Positions 1 to 10,333 of a stretch of DNA of 34,639 nucleotides are shown here, piece after piece. Source of the stretch: Dehalococcoidia bacterium (GTDB lineage Bacteria; Chloroflexota; Dehalococcoidia; GIF9; AB-539-J10); the NCBI GenBank assembly GCA_030603265.1, contig JAUVYD010000001.1, forward strand, positions 1-34,639. Reading direction: 5' to 3'. Both the position numbers and the translations under genes were made by a program. The notes under the pieces are model-generated. The model was not told where the DNA came from. It made no database searches and saw only the letters and a program-made list of their open reading frames with translations. Positions within the stretch are counted from its first letter, which is position 1, and each line of letters begins with the position of its first letter.

Positions 1-258
1 CGCCGCCGGGCGAAGCCACGCGTGCTGGTCGTGGAGGTGAAGGAGACAGATGATACTGAGGCGGACATCGCGCTTCTCGCGAAGCTTGTCGACCTGCTGA
101 AGGCCCACCCCGGCGAGGATTGCGTCTCCCTTGTTGTCGAAACCGGGGGTGGCTCGAAGACTGAGCTCGAGATGCCTGATTTGCGTGTCTCGTTCGGCCC
201 TGACCTGGAGCGCGAACTGGAGACTGTGCTAGCCGGCGCCTGCTACAGGCTGGACTGA
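1..258 (+). CDS. 3' end of a CDS entering from upstream (about 85 C-terminal codons); product uncertain, tentatively the C-terminal tail of a DnaE-type DNA polymerase III alpha subunit
   Basis: Frame 1 is open from nt 1 to the TGA at 256-258. The tail (..VVEVKETDDTEADIALLAKLVDLLKAHPGED..LAGACYRLD) resembles, from memory only, the C-terminal extension of some DnaE proteins. No catalytic motif lies inside the window. Confidence 0.4.
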   Translation, partial: RRRAKPRVLVVEVKETDDTEADIALLAKLVDLLKAHPGEDCVSLVVETGGGSKTELEMPDLRVSFGPDLERELETVLAGACYRLD

Positions 259-771
259 CGCGTGAGCTTGACCGCGCTCCAGTGATAGAAGCCGCTGCTT
301 CAGCCCGAGCCCTCCTGCGAATCCTGTGAGACTTGAGTCAGCGCCTATCACCCTGTGGCACGGCACGATGACAGGCACAGGATTCCTGTGAAGAGCCTGG
401 CCGACCGCCCGACAGGCCTTCGGCTGTCCGATTGTAGCAGCGACCCAGGAATAGCTCCTCGTCTCGCCGTAAGGAATCCAACGAGTTGCCTCCCAGACAC
501 GGGTGCGAAAGGGGGTCCATGTGCGCGTGTCGACCTCATCGGAGAACGCGACCTGCTTGCCCTCCATATAGCGGACGAGGCGTTCGGGCAGCGTGCCGAG
601 ACTGTCCGGAGTTGCCTCCCGCAATTCGCCCGCAGACAGTCCCGTGTTCTCTCGCATAGCGGCCGTGCACGATGAGCGGGACGGACGGGGGAGCACAATA
701 TGCGATACTCCCACATCGGTGCGGGACACTGCCATCCAGCCAAGTGCAGTGTGAAGGACCGAGTATTCCAA
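229..771 (-). CDS. ogt: Methylated-DNA--protein-cysteine methyltransferase (Ogt/MGMT)
   Basis: Active-site motif PCHRV (..NPVPVIVPCHRVIG..), preceded by the YGETRSY and ACRAVGQAL helix-turn-helix region. The start is TTG at 769-771, 6 nt after the hpf stop. The 3' end overlaps the convergent upstream CDS by 30 nt. Confidence 0.9.
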   Translation of the reverse strand: MEYSVLHTALGWMAVSRTDVGVSHIVLPRPSRSSCTAAMRENTGLSAGELREATPDSLGTLPERLVRYMEGKQVAFSDEVDTRTWTPFRTRVWEATRWIPYGETRSYSWVAATIGQPKACRAVGQALHRNPVPVIVPCHRVIGADSSLTGFAGGLGLKQRLLSLERGQAHASVQPVAGAG

Positions 772-777
772 AGCTGT

Positions 778-1329
778 CTATCCCATGTCGGGCTCTATCA
801 GCCCGTAGTCCCCGTCCTTGCGGCGGTAAAGGAGATTTGCCTTGTCGTCGTCGGAGTTGACGAAGAGGAAGAAATCGTGCCCGAGCAATTCCATCTGGTC
901 CGTCGCCTCGTCCAGCGACATCGGCTTGAGCGTGAACCGCTTGGTTTTCACCAGACGCCTCGGCTCCTCGGCAGTCGCCTCTGCAGGCTCAAGGGAAGGC
1001 TCCATCTTACGGACTGTGTCGTTGCTCCTATCGAAGTGCTTTCCCTTGTAGTGTGAGATGCGACCGGTGAGTGCGTCGACAACTCGGTCTACGGCTGTCC
1101 TGATGTCCTCGCCGTGTTCCTGCGCACGAATGAGCACCCCGTTGCTGTCCAGAGTGACCTGGACTACGAACCGCTGGTCCGGCTGCCGTGCTCCCTCCCT
1201 GGATATCTCGACTTTGCCTTCATCGATGCTGGGCAGGAAACGGGCCATCTTGCCAATGCGCTTGGTGGCGTAGTCCTCGATGGCGGGAGATACGGACACG
1301 TTGTTCTTGGCTACGATCTGGAGTTTCAT
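778..1329 (-). CDS. hpf: Ribosome hibernation promoting factor, long form (HPF/RaiA family)
   Basis: N-terminal sigma54-modulation/S30EA domain (MKLQIVAKNNVSVSPAIEDYATKRIGKM..). C-terminal dimerisation domain (KRFTLKPMSLDEATDQMELLGHDFFLFVN..LLYRRKDGDYGLIEP). The ATG at 1327-1329 follows GGGAGGT; the longer ORF start at 1374 has no SD. Confidence 0.9.
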   Translation of the reverse strand: MKLQIVAKNNVSVSPAIEDYATKRIGKMARFLPSIDEGKVEISREGARQPDQRFVVQVTLDSNGVLIRAQEHGEDIRTAVDRVVDALTGRISHYKGKHFDRSNDTVRKMEPSLEPAEATAEEPRRLVKTKRFTLKPMSLDEATDQMELLGHDFFLFVNSDDDKANLLYRRKDGDYGLIEPDMG

Positions 1330-1343
1330 GTTGACCTCCCATT

Positions 1344-2090
1344 CTATACTTCTCTGGCAACCGTGAGCCCCCATACGGCAACCGCTCCTGCATCCCGAAG
1401 GGCCACTGCGCAGGACTCAAGAGTGGCCCCTGTTGTGCAGACATCGTCAACGACGAGGACTTGCTTGCCAGAGACAGACGTATCATTGCAGGCGAAGGCT
1501 CCGGAGACATTCTGTCTCCGCTCCTCGACACTTGTCGTGTGAACTTGGCTGGTGCCCTCTCTCACCCGGGCAAGGGCATCCGCAGAGACCGGTGTATATG
1601 TTTCCTTTGCGACCTCACGTGCCAGGAGAAACGACTGGTTGTAGCCTCGGCGCCTGGCGCGTCTGGGATGCAGCGGCACCGGAACGATGATATCAGGCTC
1701 ATACTCCGCATCCCGGAGGCCCCTGACAAGGTACGTGGCAAGGGTGGGGGCGATTGCCCTCAGATTGCGGTATTTCAGTTCGTGGATTGCCCGCCGTGCG
1801 ACGCCCTCGAAACGGAGGGGTGACCGGATGACGGAGATGGCGCCTGTCGTCTGTGCACAGGTTGGACACAGTATCCCGCTGGCCTGTGGACGGCCGCAAC
1901 GCGGGCAGAGTGGGGGAAAAATCCACGGGAGTTGGCTCTCACAGTGGGCGCACAAGTAGCTGCCTACTCGACCACAGCCTATGCACGACTGTGGGAACAA
2001 ACAGTCAAGTGCCAACCTGACGGCACTGCCGACGTGAAGCACACTGGCCTGTGCCTGAGGGGTTCTAGTGCGCGCGTGCGCGCAGTTCAC
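1344..2090 (-). CDS. comF: ComF family protein (ComFC-like phosphoribosyltransferase-fold protein)
   Basis: N-terminal double zinc-finger (CIGCG..CAHC..CPRCG..CPTC). C-terminal PRTase motif VLVVDDVCTTGATL. The start is ambiguous: GTG 2090 overlaps the upstream small ORF by 26 nt, and GTG 2042 is the alternative. Confidence 0.8.
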   Translation of the reverse strand: MNCAHARTRTPQAQASVLHVGSAVRLALDCLFPQSCIGCGRVGSYLCAHCESQLPWIFPPLCPRCGRPQASGILCPTCAQTTGAISVIRSPLRFEGVARRAIHELKYRNLRAIAPTLATYLVRGLRDAEYEPDIIVPVPLHPRRARRRGYNQSFLLAREVAKETYTPVSADALARVREGTSQVHTTSVEERRQNVSGAFACNDTSVSGKQVLVVDDVCTTGATLESCAVALRDAGAVAVWGLTVAREV

Positions 2091-2274
2091 CGCTCAGAAT
2101 GGGCTCGTTGAGGTATACCTCTCCATTCCTGATCTTGATGTTGTAGCCGCAATCAGGGTTAGTACATACCCATGCCTTATACGTAATCGGCGCACCTTGG
2201 CTTCCGAAGTCCGACAGAGGAACAAGGTCGCCGCTGCCGCACTTCAGGCACTTCGGGAATGATGCGTTGTCCAA
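2065..2274 (-). CDS. Small (69 aa) zinc-ribbon protein, function unknown
   Basis: Four Cys in two knuckles (CLKCG ... CTNPDCG). TTG start at 2272-2274 lies about 7 nt after GGGAGGAGG. It sits directly downstream of a near-consensus promoter and is the first gene of the comF-hpf-ogt string. Confidence 0.5.
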   Translation of the reverse strand: MDNASFPKCLKCGSGDLVPLSDFGSQGAPITYKAWVCTNPDCGYNIKIRNGEVYLNEPILSGELRARAH

Positions 2275-2306
2275 GGTAGTCCTCCTCCCAAACCAAGTCT
2301 CGCCAA

Positions 2307-2335
2307 AGTATATATCAAGCCATGTTCACTCGCAA
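2307..2335 (-). promoter_or_regulatory. Sigma70-type promoter for the zinc-ribbon/comF/hpf/ogt string
   Basis: The minus strand reads TTGCGA-17 nt-TATACT. The -10 lies about 32 nt upstream of the TTG start at 2274. Confidence 0.5.
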
Positions 2336-2364
2336 ACGAGGCGCAAATGGTCCGGTTCTGCCTC

Positions 2365-2955
2365 CTACGGGTTGAGTGGTGTCTGTGACAATCTCGTGTA
2401 GAGAGCACCCTGCGGCCTGAGCTGGCTTCTCATGAGACTCACTGCCCCTGCGTCGAACCGGAGGCCCTCCGGAAGCGTGGCTGCCAGTACGGCAACCCCG
2501 AGTTCACTCTTTGCCCGGCGCGAAGCCTCCGGGCGGACGCGCCCGATTGTCAGATGCGGCGCAAAGGGACGGCTCTCCCTGGCATAGCCCAACTCTGCAA
2601 GTGCGAGGTCCACCCGTGTGGCCAGCCTTGACAGCACTTCAATGTCGCCACTCAATCCCGCCCAGACTACCCGTGGTTGCGCAGTATCCGGAAAGCCCCC
2701 CAGCGCATCTATCTCCAGGTGCATCGGGGGTGTTCCAAGGCAGGCCGTCGTCAGTACCTTCTTGACCTCCTCAACCCGGGGTGCCGGTATCTCACCGAGG
2801 AACTTGAGGGTCAGGTGAATTCCGTTGGCTGAGACCCACTTCACGGGCGTGCGGGACCGCTGCCGCAGCCCGTCGATGACGCTGCCGAGCCCTCTCTTCA
2901 CGTTGTCGGGCAGCTCTATCGCCACAAATGCCCGTATCTCATCGCGCTCGCTCAA
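2365..2955 (-). CDS. thpR: RNA 2',3'-cyclic phosphodiesterase (ThpR/LigT, 2H phosphoesterase)
   Basis: Two H-x-T-x motifs (HLTLKFLG and HLTIGR) at the spacing typical of 2H phosphoesterases. I place the start at TTG 2953-2955, 7 nt after GGAGGG. The longest ORF runs to GTG 2997. Confidence 0.8.
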   Translation of the reverse strand: MSERDEIRAFVAIELPDNVKRGLGSVIDGLRQRSRTPVKWVSANGIHLTLKFLGEIPAPRVEEVKKVLTTACLGTPPMHLEIDALGGFPDTAQPRVVWAGLSGDIEVLSRLATRVDLALAELGYARESRPFAPHLTIGRVRPEASRRAKSELGVAVLAATLPEGLRFDAGAVSLMRSQLRPQGALYTRLSQTPLNP

Positions 2956-3838
2956 TCTGTGTCCCTCCGTGCGACAGGAGCTGCCTGGCGTTTTCACCTG
3001 CTATGAGTTTCCTGGTGGCAGACCCCAGCTCTGCTTTGTCCATTTCCTGGAGGGCCCGCTTCTGACTTACCAGAGGGAAGTCCGACCCGAAAAGGATATG
3101 GTCGGAGCCTGCTATCCGGTCCACCACGGAGAAGATGTCGGGGCTGTACAGGTACTGTGTGGCGGCGGTGTCGAAGTACACGTTGGAGAGCGTCTCTCGC
3201 ACCTCTGGCATCAGGCTGTAGAAGGGAAGCCCACCACCCCAGTGGGCGCATACGAGGACCGCCTGCGGGAACTCTGCCGCGAACCTGTACGGCTGCTCGG
3301 GCGTGACAGTGCCCTTGCCCGCGTACGCATGCCCTACTGGTTCGGATACGTGAGTCAGTACTATCATCTGCCGGGCCACGGCAATCTCGACAATGGGCGA
3401 GAGCAGTGGACTGTCGGCCAGCGAGAAGCCCTGGATGTCGGGGCGCAACTCGCCAATGCCCCTTGCCCCTGACGCGGCACACCGCTGTAGTTCTTCGACT
3501 GCCTTCTCGGGTGATGCCGGCTGGAGTGCGCAGAAAGGGATCAGCCGATCGGAGTGAAGGCTGGCTGCCTCGAGCAGGTAGTCATTCGTGCGCACGCACA
3601 TCTCATGACTGGTCCAGCCGATGTTCAGTACTACGGAGACATCGACGGATGCTTCGTCCATGCTGGCAAGCAGTTCTTCTGCCGTGGCCAGCCTTGCCTT
3701 CGGGTTGGTGTAGAGCGCCGCGAAGCAGGGGTCTACGCTTGCGTAGTGCTCGCGCTCTCTGCGTACCCAGTCAGGCATTATGTGAGTGTGGAAATCGATG
3801 ACCCTGGGTTCTCGCACTCCTGCTCTTTCATGCGACAT
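2939..3838 (-). CDS. Metal-dependent amidohydrolase-fold hydrolase (amidohydrolase_2/ACMSD-like TIM barrel)
   Basis: N-terminal VIDFHTHIMPD metal-binding motif, internal HVSEP..CAHWGGG and a C-terminal FGSDFP motif. The ATG at 3838 is preceded by GAGGGG at 8 nt. Confidence 0.75.
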   Translation of the reverse strand: MSHERAGVREPRVIDFHTHIMPDWVRREREHYASVDPCFAALYTNPKARLATAEELLASMDEASVDVSVVLNIGWTSHEMCVRTNDYLLEAASLHSDRLIPFCALQPASPEKAVEELQRCAASGARGIGELRPDIQGFSLADSPLLSPIVEIAVARQMIVLTHVSEPVGHAYAGKGTVTPEQPYRFAAEFPQAVLVCAHWGGGLPFYSLMPEVRETLSNVYFDTAATQYLYSPDIFSVVDRIAGSDHILFGSDFPLVSQKRALQEMDKAELGSATRKLIAGENARQLLSHGGTQIERAR

Positions 3839-4334
3839 GCAGCCTACCCCTCAATTCCTTCAGATTCACCACATCCTCTCGATTGTATTCCAGAAGCGTT
3901 TGGAGTGCCTGCTCATCACCATGGCGAACGTAGCGCCACCAGAGAACGACTGCCTGTCGGCCGTTCACCCCTTGAAGCGTCCTCTCGATGCCCAGTTGCT
4001 GCTCCACTGCTTTGAGCCCCCCGTAGAGATTCTGTCGCCAGCAGTCGTACATCAGGTCTCTATGCAGCATCAATGACTGCAGTGCGACCTGCAGCTTGGA
4101 TTCGATGAAAACGAGGTCGAATCGGGCGCCATTGTATGTGTACAGTGTGCCGACGCCGTCGAGCGCTCGTAGCAGGCTCTCGCTGCTGATCTCGCGCCCC
4201 ACAAGCTGGATGAGCTCGAATCCGTGTGGAACCACCTGGCGGTAGATGCCCACGACAGTGATGCGATTCGCGAACGGGCTGAGACCGGTCGTCTCGATGT
4301 CCAGATAGGCTTCCAATTTCGATGCGGCGTGCAA
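3828..4334 (-). CDS. RNase H-like / DEDDy 3'-5' exonuclease domain protein (YprB-like)
   Basis: Exo motifs DIETTG (ExoI), YNGARFD (ExoII) and YNREDV (ExoIII, Y-x3-D). TTG start at 4332-4334 follows GAAGGGAA. The gene overlaps the downstream amidohydrolase start by 11 nt. Confidence 0.7.
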   Translation of the reverse strand: MHAASKLEAYLDIETTGLSPFANRITVVGIYRQVVPHGFELIQLVGREISSESLLRALDGVGTLYTYNGARFDLVFIESKLQVALQSLMLHRDLMYDCWRQNLYGGLKAVEQQLGIERTLQGVNGRQAVVLWWRYVRHGDEQALQTLLEYNREDVVNLKELRGRLHVA

Positions 4335-4362
4335 GGCGTCGGGTTCCCTTCGGACGATGCGC

Positions 4363-4896
4363 TCAGGCCTCCCTGCCCTGAAGCGTAGACATCAGCCGGC
4401 CAAGAACGAGAGCTCCGATGGCAACAAGCCCTGTGATGGACAGGGTGAACACCCATCCGAAGCAGGCAATCATGACCGGAAGGAGAAAGGGCTTTATGGC
4501 CCGACCGAACAGGAACACTGATATCTGCCCGACCCCTCCACCGTGACTCCGAACTGTCCCGAGCAAAGGGTACCATGCATAGGCGGGGCCCACGGACAGC
4601 ACTCCTGCCAGTAGTGATAGAAGTGAGCCTTTCAGACCCGAGTCCTTCCCGACAAGCAAGCTTATGTCGTGCGGTTTCAGAAACAGATTGGTGAGCACAA
4701 GTGCCACGAACACGAGGGACAGAGGCACCGCCAGTTTTCTGAACACAGAGGCGCTGAATGCTAGAGCCTGCAGGCCGGTCTCGGGAGAGAAGCCCAGGAC
4801 CATGGCGTAGACCGCCACGACGATGCCGAGGAAGATGAGCCCTCCCCGTCCACTCGAGCGGCGTGCGCCGCCTTGCGGCGCCTCGGACTTCGTCAC
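4363..4896 (-). CDS. Integral membrane permease, second half of a split two-component permease (ArsP/DUF318-like)
   Basis: Polytopic hydrophobic protein. GTG start forms a GTGA overlap with the stop of the upstream membrane protein. The pair resembles split 'predicted permease' pairs. Confidence 0.55.
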   Translation of the reverse strand: MTKSEAPQGGARRSSGRGGLIFLGIVVAVYAMVLGFSPETGLQALAFSASVFRKLAVPLSLVFVALVLTNLFLKPHDISLLVGKDSGLKGSLLSLLAGVLSVGPAYAWYPLLGTVRSHGGGVGQISVFLFGRAIKPFLLPVMIACFGWVFTLSITGLVAIGALVLGRLMSTLQGREA

Positions 4897-5405
4897 AGCG
4901 TTCCTCCGGAGAGAGCCACGAACATTGCAGTCAGCAACGCGATTGGGACTGAAAGGAGGAACGAGAGCGAATTGCGCAGAACAGCGAACCGGGTTCCGAG
5001 CGTCAGTGCCTCAGCCGGCAGTTGGGCGATTCCCACTGTGACCCAGCTGATGATGAAGGCGGCGACGGCGAAGACGCTCACGCCATCGGCGAGCAGCTGC
5101 TCGGAGATGACGTAGCTGTTGACAGGGTTGCCTGCCAGAATGCTTCCTATTCCTGCACCCGTGAGGGAATCGAGCAAAGGGTCACCTGAGAACAACGTCC
5201 CAAGCACGGAGGATGGGATTGCCGTGTGGAACAGTCCAATCAAGAGAGCGACGCCGCCGAGGAGGGGGAGCATAGAACGGAACTGAAATGCTGCCTTACG
5301 GGCAGCGCGAATCACCTCAGGGCGACCTGGCATGCCCGACCGGGTGACCTGTTTTCCTGCTCTCTCTTGCGTGCTCACGTTGTCTTCGCCAACTGATGCT
5401 CTCAA
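4893..5405 (-). CDS. Integral membrane permease, first half of a split two-component permease (ArsP/DUF318-like)
   Basis: Hydrophobic segments (MLPLLGGVALLIGLF.., ..GSILAGNPVNSYVISEQLLADGVSVFAVAAFIISWVTVG..). The start is uncertain: TTG 5405, or an internal Met further downstream. Confidence 0.55.
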   Translation of the reverse strand: MRASVGEDNVSTQERAGKQVTRSGMPGRPEVIRAARKAAFQFRSMLPLLGGVALLIGLFHTAIPSSVLGTLFSGDPLLDSLTGAGIGSILAGNPVNSYVISEQLLADGVSVFAVAAFIISWVTVGIAQLPAEALTLGTRFAVLRNSLSFLLSVPIALLTAMFVALSGGTL

Positions 5406-5426
5406 GGTGGGGTTCGGCTTCGTTCG

Positions 5427-5455
5427 ATTGCGGGCTCTGACGAGTGAGTGTACTA
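5427..5455 (+). promoter_or_regulatory. Sigma70-type promoter for the Nudix gene
   Basis: TTGCGG-17 nt-TACTAT, about 60 nt upstream of ATG 5518. Confidence 0.4.
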
Positions 5456-5517
5456 TAGGCGGACGCTCTTCGTCATGCTGGTGATGGGCGATTGCAGCTG
5501 AGGGTTGGTGGTATGCA

Positions 5518-8045
<2,528 letters not shown>

Positions 8046-8356
8046 CTAAGAATAGTACAACATGGCTGTCACTGGTACTACCGGCCTCCCTCTTTCATGG
8101 CCCACGCGGGAAGTCTCAACCGGATTTCCCTTCATCCTGACGCCGCTGCGGTCTCTGGCAGCAAACTCCTGTTGCACGGCGACTCCCGGCTTGCCTGTGG
8201 CGTCATGCGGGGGCTGTGCAAGTGCCTCGTCGACACTGCAGCTCTGGCCCCCCGGCCTGGTTGTCGTCCCCCGTCGATAGAAGTGAATGTGCCCGGACAC
8301 ATGTCTGCCCGGGCGCGAGGCAGGGGTCCGTAGCTGCATGGCTCGTACTGGCTGAA

Positions 8357-8365
8357 TGCTATACT
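8357..8365 (+). promoter_or_regulatory. Extended -10 element (TGcTATACT) upstream of tgt
   Basis: TGCTATACT lies 6 nt upstream of the GGAGGA SD at 8372-8377. There is no good -35. Confidence 0.35.
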
Positions 8366-8380
8366 GGTTGCGGAGGAACA

Positions 8381-9577
8381 ATCGAGAAGGGAAGTAGCTG
8401 CTTCAGGATTCTGCATGGTGGTAGTGGTGCGGAGCCGCGGGTTGGTGAAGTGGAGACCGCGCATGGCCGGGTGGAGACGCCTGTGTTCATGCCTGTTGGC
8501 AGTCAGGCGACGGTCAAATCCCTCTCCCCCGATGATCTCCGCGAGATAGGCTGCGACATAATCCTCTGCAACGCGTACCACCTCTACCTCCGTCCCGGCG
8601 TCGAAACCGTGCAGCGGGCCGGGGGGTTGCACCGGTTCATGTCCTGGGACAGGGCGATACTGACCGACAGCGGTGGCTTCCAGGTGTTCAGTCTCGCTCC
8701 GCTTCGCAAAATCAACGACGAAGGCGTCGTATTCCGCTCTCACATCGATGGAAGCGAGCACCATCTGACTCCGGAGAAGGCCATCGGGAACCAGGAAGAG
8801 CTCGGAGCCGACATCATCATGGCGCTCGACGATGTGCCCTCCGGAACGGCTGACAGCGCGAGGGTGACCGAAGCAGTTCAGAGGACGCACCGCTGGGCCG
8901 AACGCTGCCTCGCGGCTCAGCGCCGGTCAGACCAGTTGCTCTTTGCCATAGTCCAGGGTGGCGGCGACCTCGTGCTACGAAAGCTGTCGGCGCGGACTCT
9001 TGCAGCGATGGATTTCCCCGGCTACGCCGTTGGCGGCTTGAGCGTGGGCGAGCCGAAGGAACTGATGTACTCGGTTCTCGAGGAGACGGTGCCGCTCCTG
9101 CCGGCCGGACGACCGCGTTATCTGATGGGAGTCGGGTCTCCTGAAGACCTTGTTGAGGGTGTGTGGAGGGGCGTGGACATGTTCGACTGCGTGTTGCCAA
9201 CGCGCGTGGCCCGAAACGGCGCCGTCTACACTCTCCAGGGCCGTCGCAATGTGCGCCGTGCGGAGTTCAAGGTCCAGGATGGGCCACTTGACCCCGATTG
9301 CGACTGCTACACCTGCCGGACGTTCTCCGCCTCGTATGTTCACCACCTCTTCAGATGTGAGGAGCTCCTCGCGTATCGGCTCGCGACCATACATAACCTG
9401 AGCTTCGTGCAGAGACTCATGAAGCGAATCAGGGATGCTATCGTGCTAGGAACCTTCGAGTCATTCCGAGATGATTTCCACAGGCTCTACAAGCCCACGG
9501 ATGAGACAGTCCGTCTGGCTCAGAAACGCACGCGCACAGTCGGGAGTAGCAGAGGAGCTGGTGACGACGCACTCTAG
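8381..9577 (+). CDS. tgt: tRNA-guanine transglycosylase (queuine tRNA-ribosyltransferase)
   Basis: VETPVFMPVG, ILTDSGGFQVFSL (catalytic Asp region), YAVGGLSVGE, and zinc-site CxCxxC..H (CDCYTCRTF..YVHHL). The 5' end is uncertain. There is no ATG/GTG/TTG at the family-typical N-terminus, so I use in-frame ATC 8381, 3 nt after GGAGGA. The alternatives are GTG 8216, CTG 8411 and GTG 8450. Confidence 0.88.
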   Translation: MEKGSSCFRILHGGSGAEPRVGEVETAHGRVETPVFMPVGSQATVKSLSPDDLREIGCDIILCNAYHLYLRPGVETVQRAGGLHRFMSWDRAILTDSGGFQVFSLAPLRKINDEGVVFRSHIDGSEHHLTPEKAIGNQEELGADIIMALDDVPSGTADSARVTEAVQRTHRWAERCLAAQRRSDQLLFAIVQGGGDLVLRKLSARTLAAMDFPGYAVGGLSVGEPKELMYSVLEETVPLLPAGRPRYLMGVGSPEDLVEGVWRGVDMFDCVLPTRVARNGAVYTLQGRRNVRRAEFKVQDGPLDPDCDCYTCRTFSASYVHHLFRCEELLAYRLATIHNLSFVQRLMKRIRDAIVLGTFESFRDDFHRLYKPTDETVRLAQKRTRTVGSSRGAGDDAL

Positions 9578-9598
9578 CCGAGTCTCCGGGGCACAACT

Positions 9599-10333
9599 GT
9601 GGATACACTGGTAACGTCGAACAACCTTCTGTTCCTTGCCTTCGTGCTGGCGGACCTGGGTCTCGCAGTGCTTGTATTCAGGTTCTTTGGCAAGGAGGGC
9701 TTGTACGTCCTCGTTGTCGCGTCCGTGATTGTGGCCAACATTCAGGTAACCAAGACGGTCGTGCTTTTCGGCCTCACCGCAACGCTCGGCAACGTCCTGT
9801 ACGGGAGCACGTTCTTCGCCACCGACGTCCTCAGTGAGGTGTACGGCAAACGGGAGGCTCGACGAAGTGTCTGGCTCGGCTTTGTTGCCATGGGACTGGT
9901 TGTTGTCTGGATGCAGTTCGGCCTTGGATTCGTGCCGGGACCCGAGGACCTGGCGCATGACTCACTGGCAACGGTTTTCGGACTGATGCCACGTGTGGCG
10001 GCCGGAAGTCTGGTCGCGTATCTCGTGGCCCAGCATCACGATATCCTGGCCTTCCATTTCTGGAAGGCCAGGACTCGGGGTCGCTTCCTCTGGCTGCGCA
10101 ATTGCGCCTCCACCATGGTGTCTCAGGCCATTGACTCAGCGCTGTTCTGTTTCATCGCGCTGTGGGGTCTGTACGACACTGGCACATGGCTGGAGATACT
10201 CGCAACAACGTACATACTGAAGTGGGTGGTTGCCTTGCTGGACACCCCGTTTATCTACCTGGCGGTTCGGCTTCACCCGCCTGGGCGGCCCGAGCCGTCC
10301 GGAGATGGTGCATTTCCGAAGGAGGTGGCATGA
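9599..10333 (+). CDS. yhhQ: Queuosine-precursor transporter (YhhQ/VUT family, DUF165)
   Basis: Six-TM protein with the family-typical ..LGNVLYGSTFFATDVLSEVYGKREARR.. and ..MVSQAIDSALFCFIA.. segments. It lies immediately downstream of tgt. GTG start. Confidence 0.78.
   Translation: MDTLVTSNNLLFLAFVLADLGLAVLVFRFFGKEGLYVLVVASVIVANIQVTKTVVLFGLTATLGNVLYGSTFFATDVLSEVYGKREARRSVWLGFVAMGLVVVWMQFGLGFVPGPEDLAHDSLATVFGLMPRVAAGSLVAYLVAQHHDILAFHFWKARTRGRFLWLRNCASTMVSQAIDSALFCFIALWGLYDTGTWLEILATTYILKWVVALLDTPFIYLAVRLHPPGRPEPSGDGAFPKEVA

Noticed and set aside
5415-5440. tRNA T-loop-like string (CGTTCGATTGCGGG)
   Set aside because: The flanking bases cannot form a T-stem or an acceptor stem, and no anticodon arm is present. 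The segment is better explained as part of the Nudix promoter (TTGCGG -35).
8216-8380. GTG 8216 as the tgt start (55-codon N-terminal extension)
   Set aside because: The extension (..RRHCSSGPPAWLSSPVDRSECARTHVCPG..) is Cys/Arg/Pro-rich, has no counterpart in Tgt proteins, and would run through an extended -10 element and an SD. It is kept only as an alternative.
8132-8890. 252-aa minus-strand ORF antisense to tgt
   Set aside because: It overlaps the strongly conserved Tgt coding sequence and has no recognisable motifs or SD. This is a typical high-GC antisense ORF.
10162-10329. Longer N-terminal extensions of nnr (from 10162), secF (to 21419), ade (to 32757), hpt (to 33094), dctP (to 19994), acd genes (to 25692 / from 25723), acyl-CoA dehydrogenase (from 29602) and hpf (to 1374)
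   Set aside because: In every case the extension overlaps the upstream gene or lacks an SD. An internal start with a good SD, or an ATGA/GTGA coupling overlap, matches the family N-terminus.
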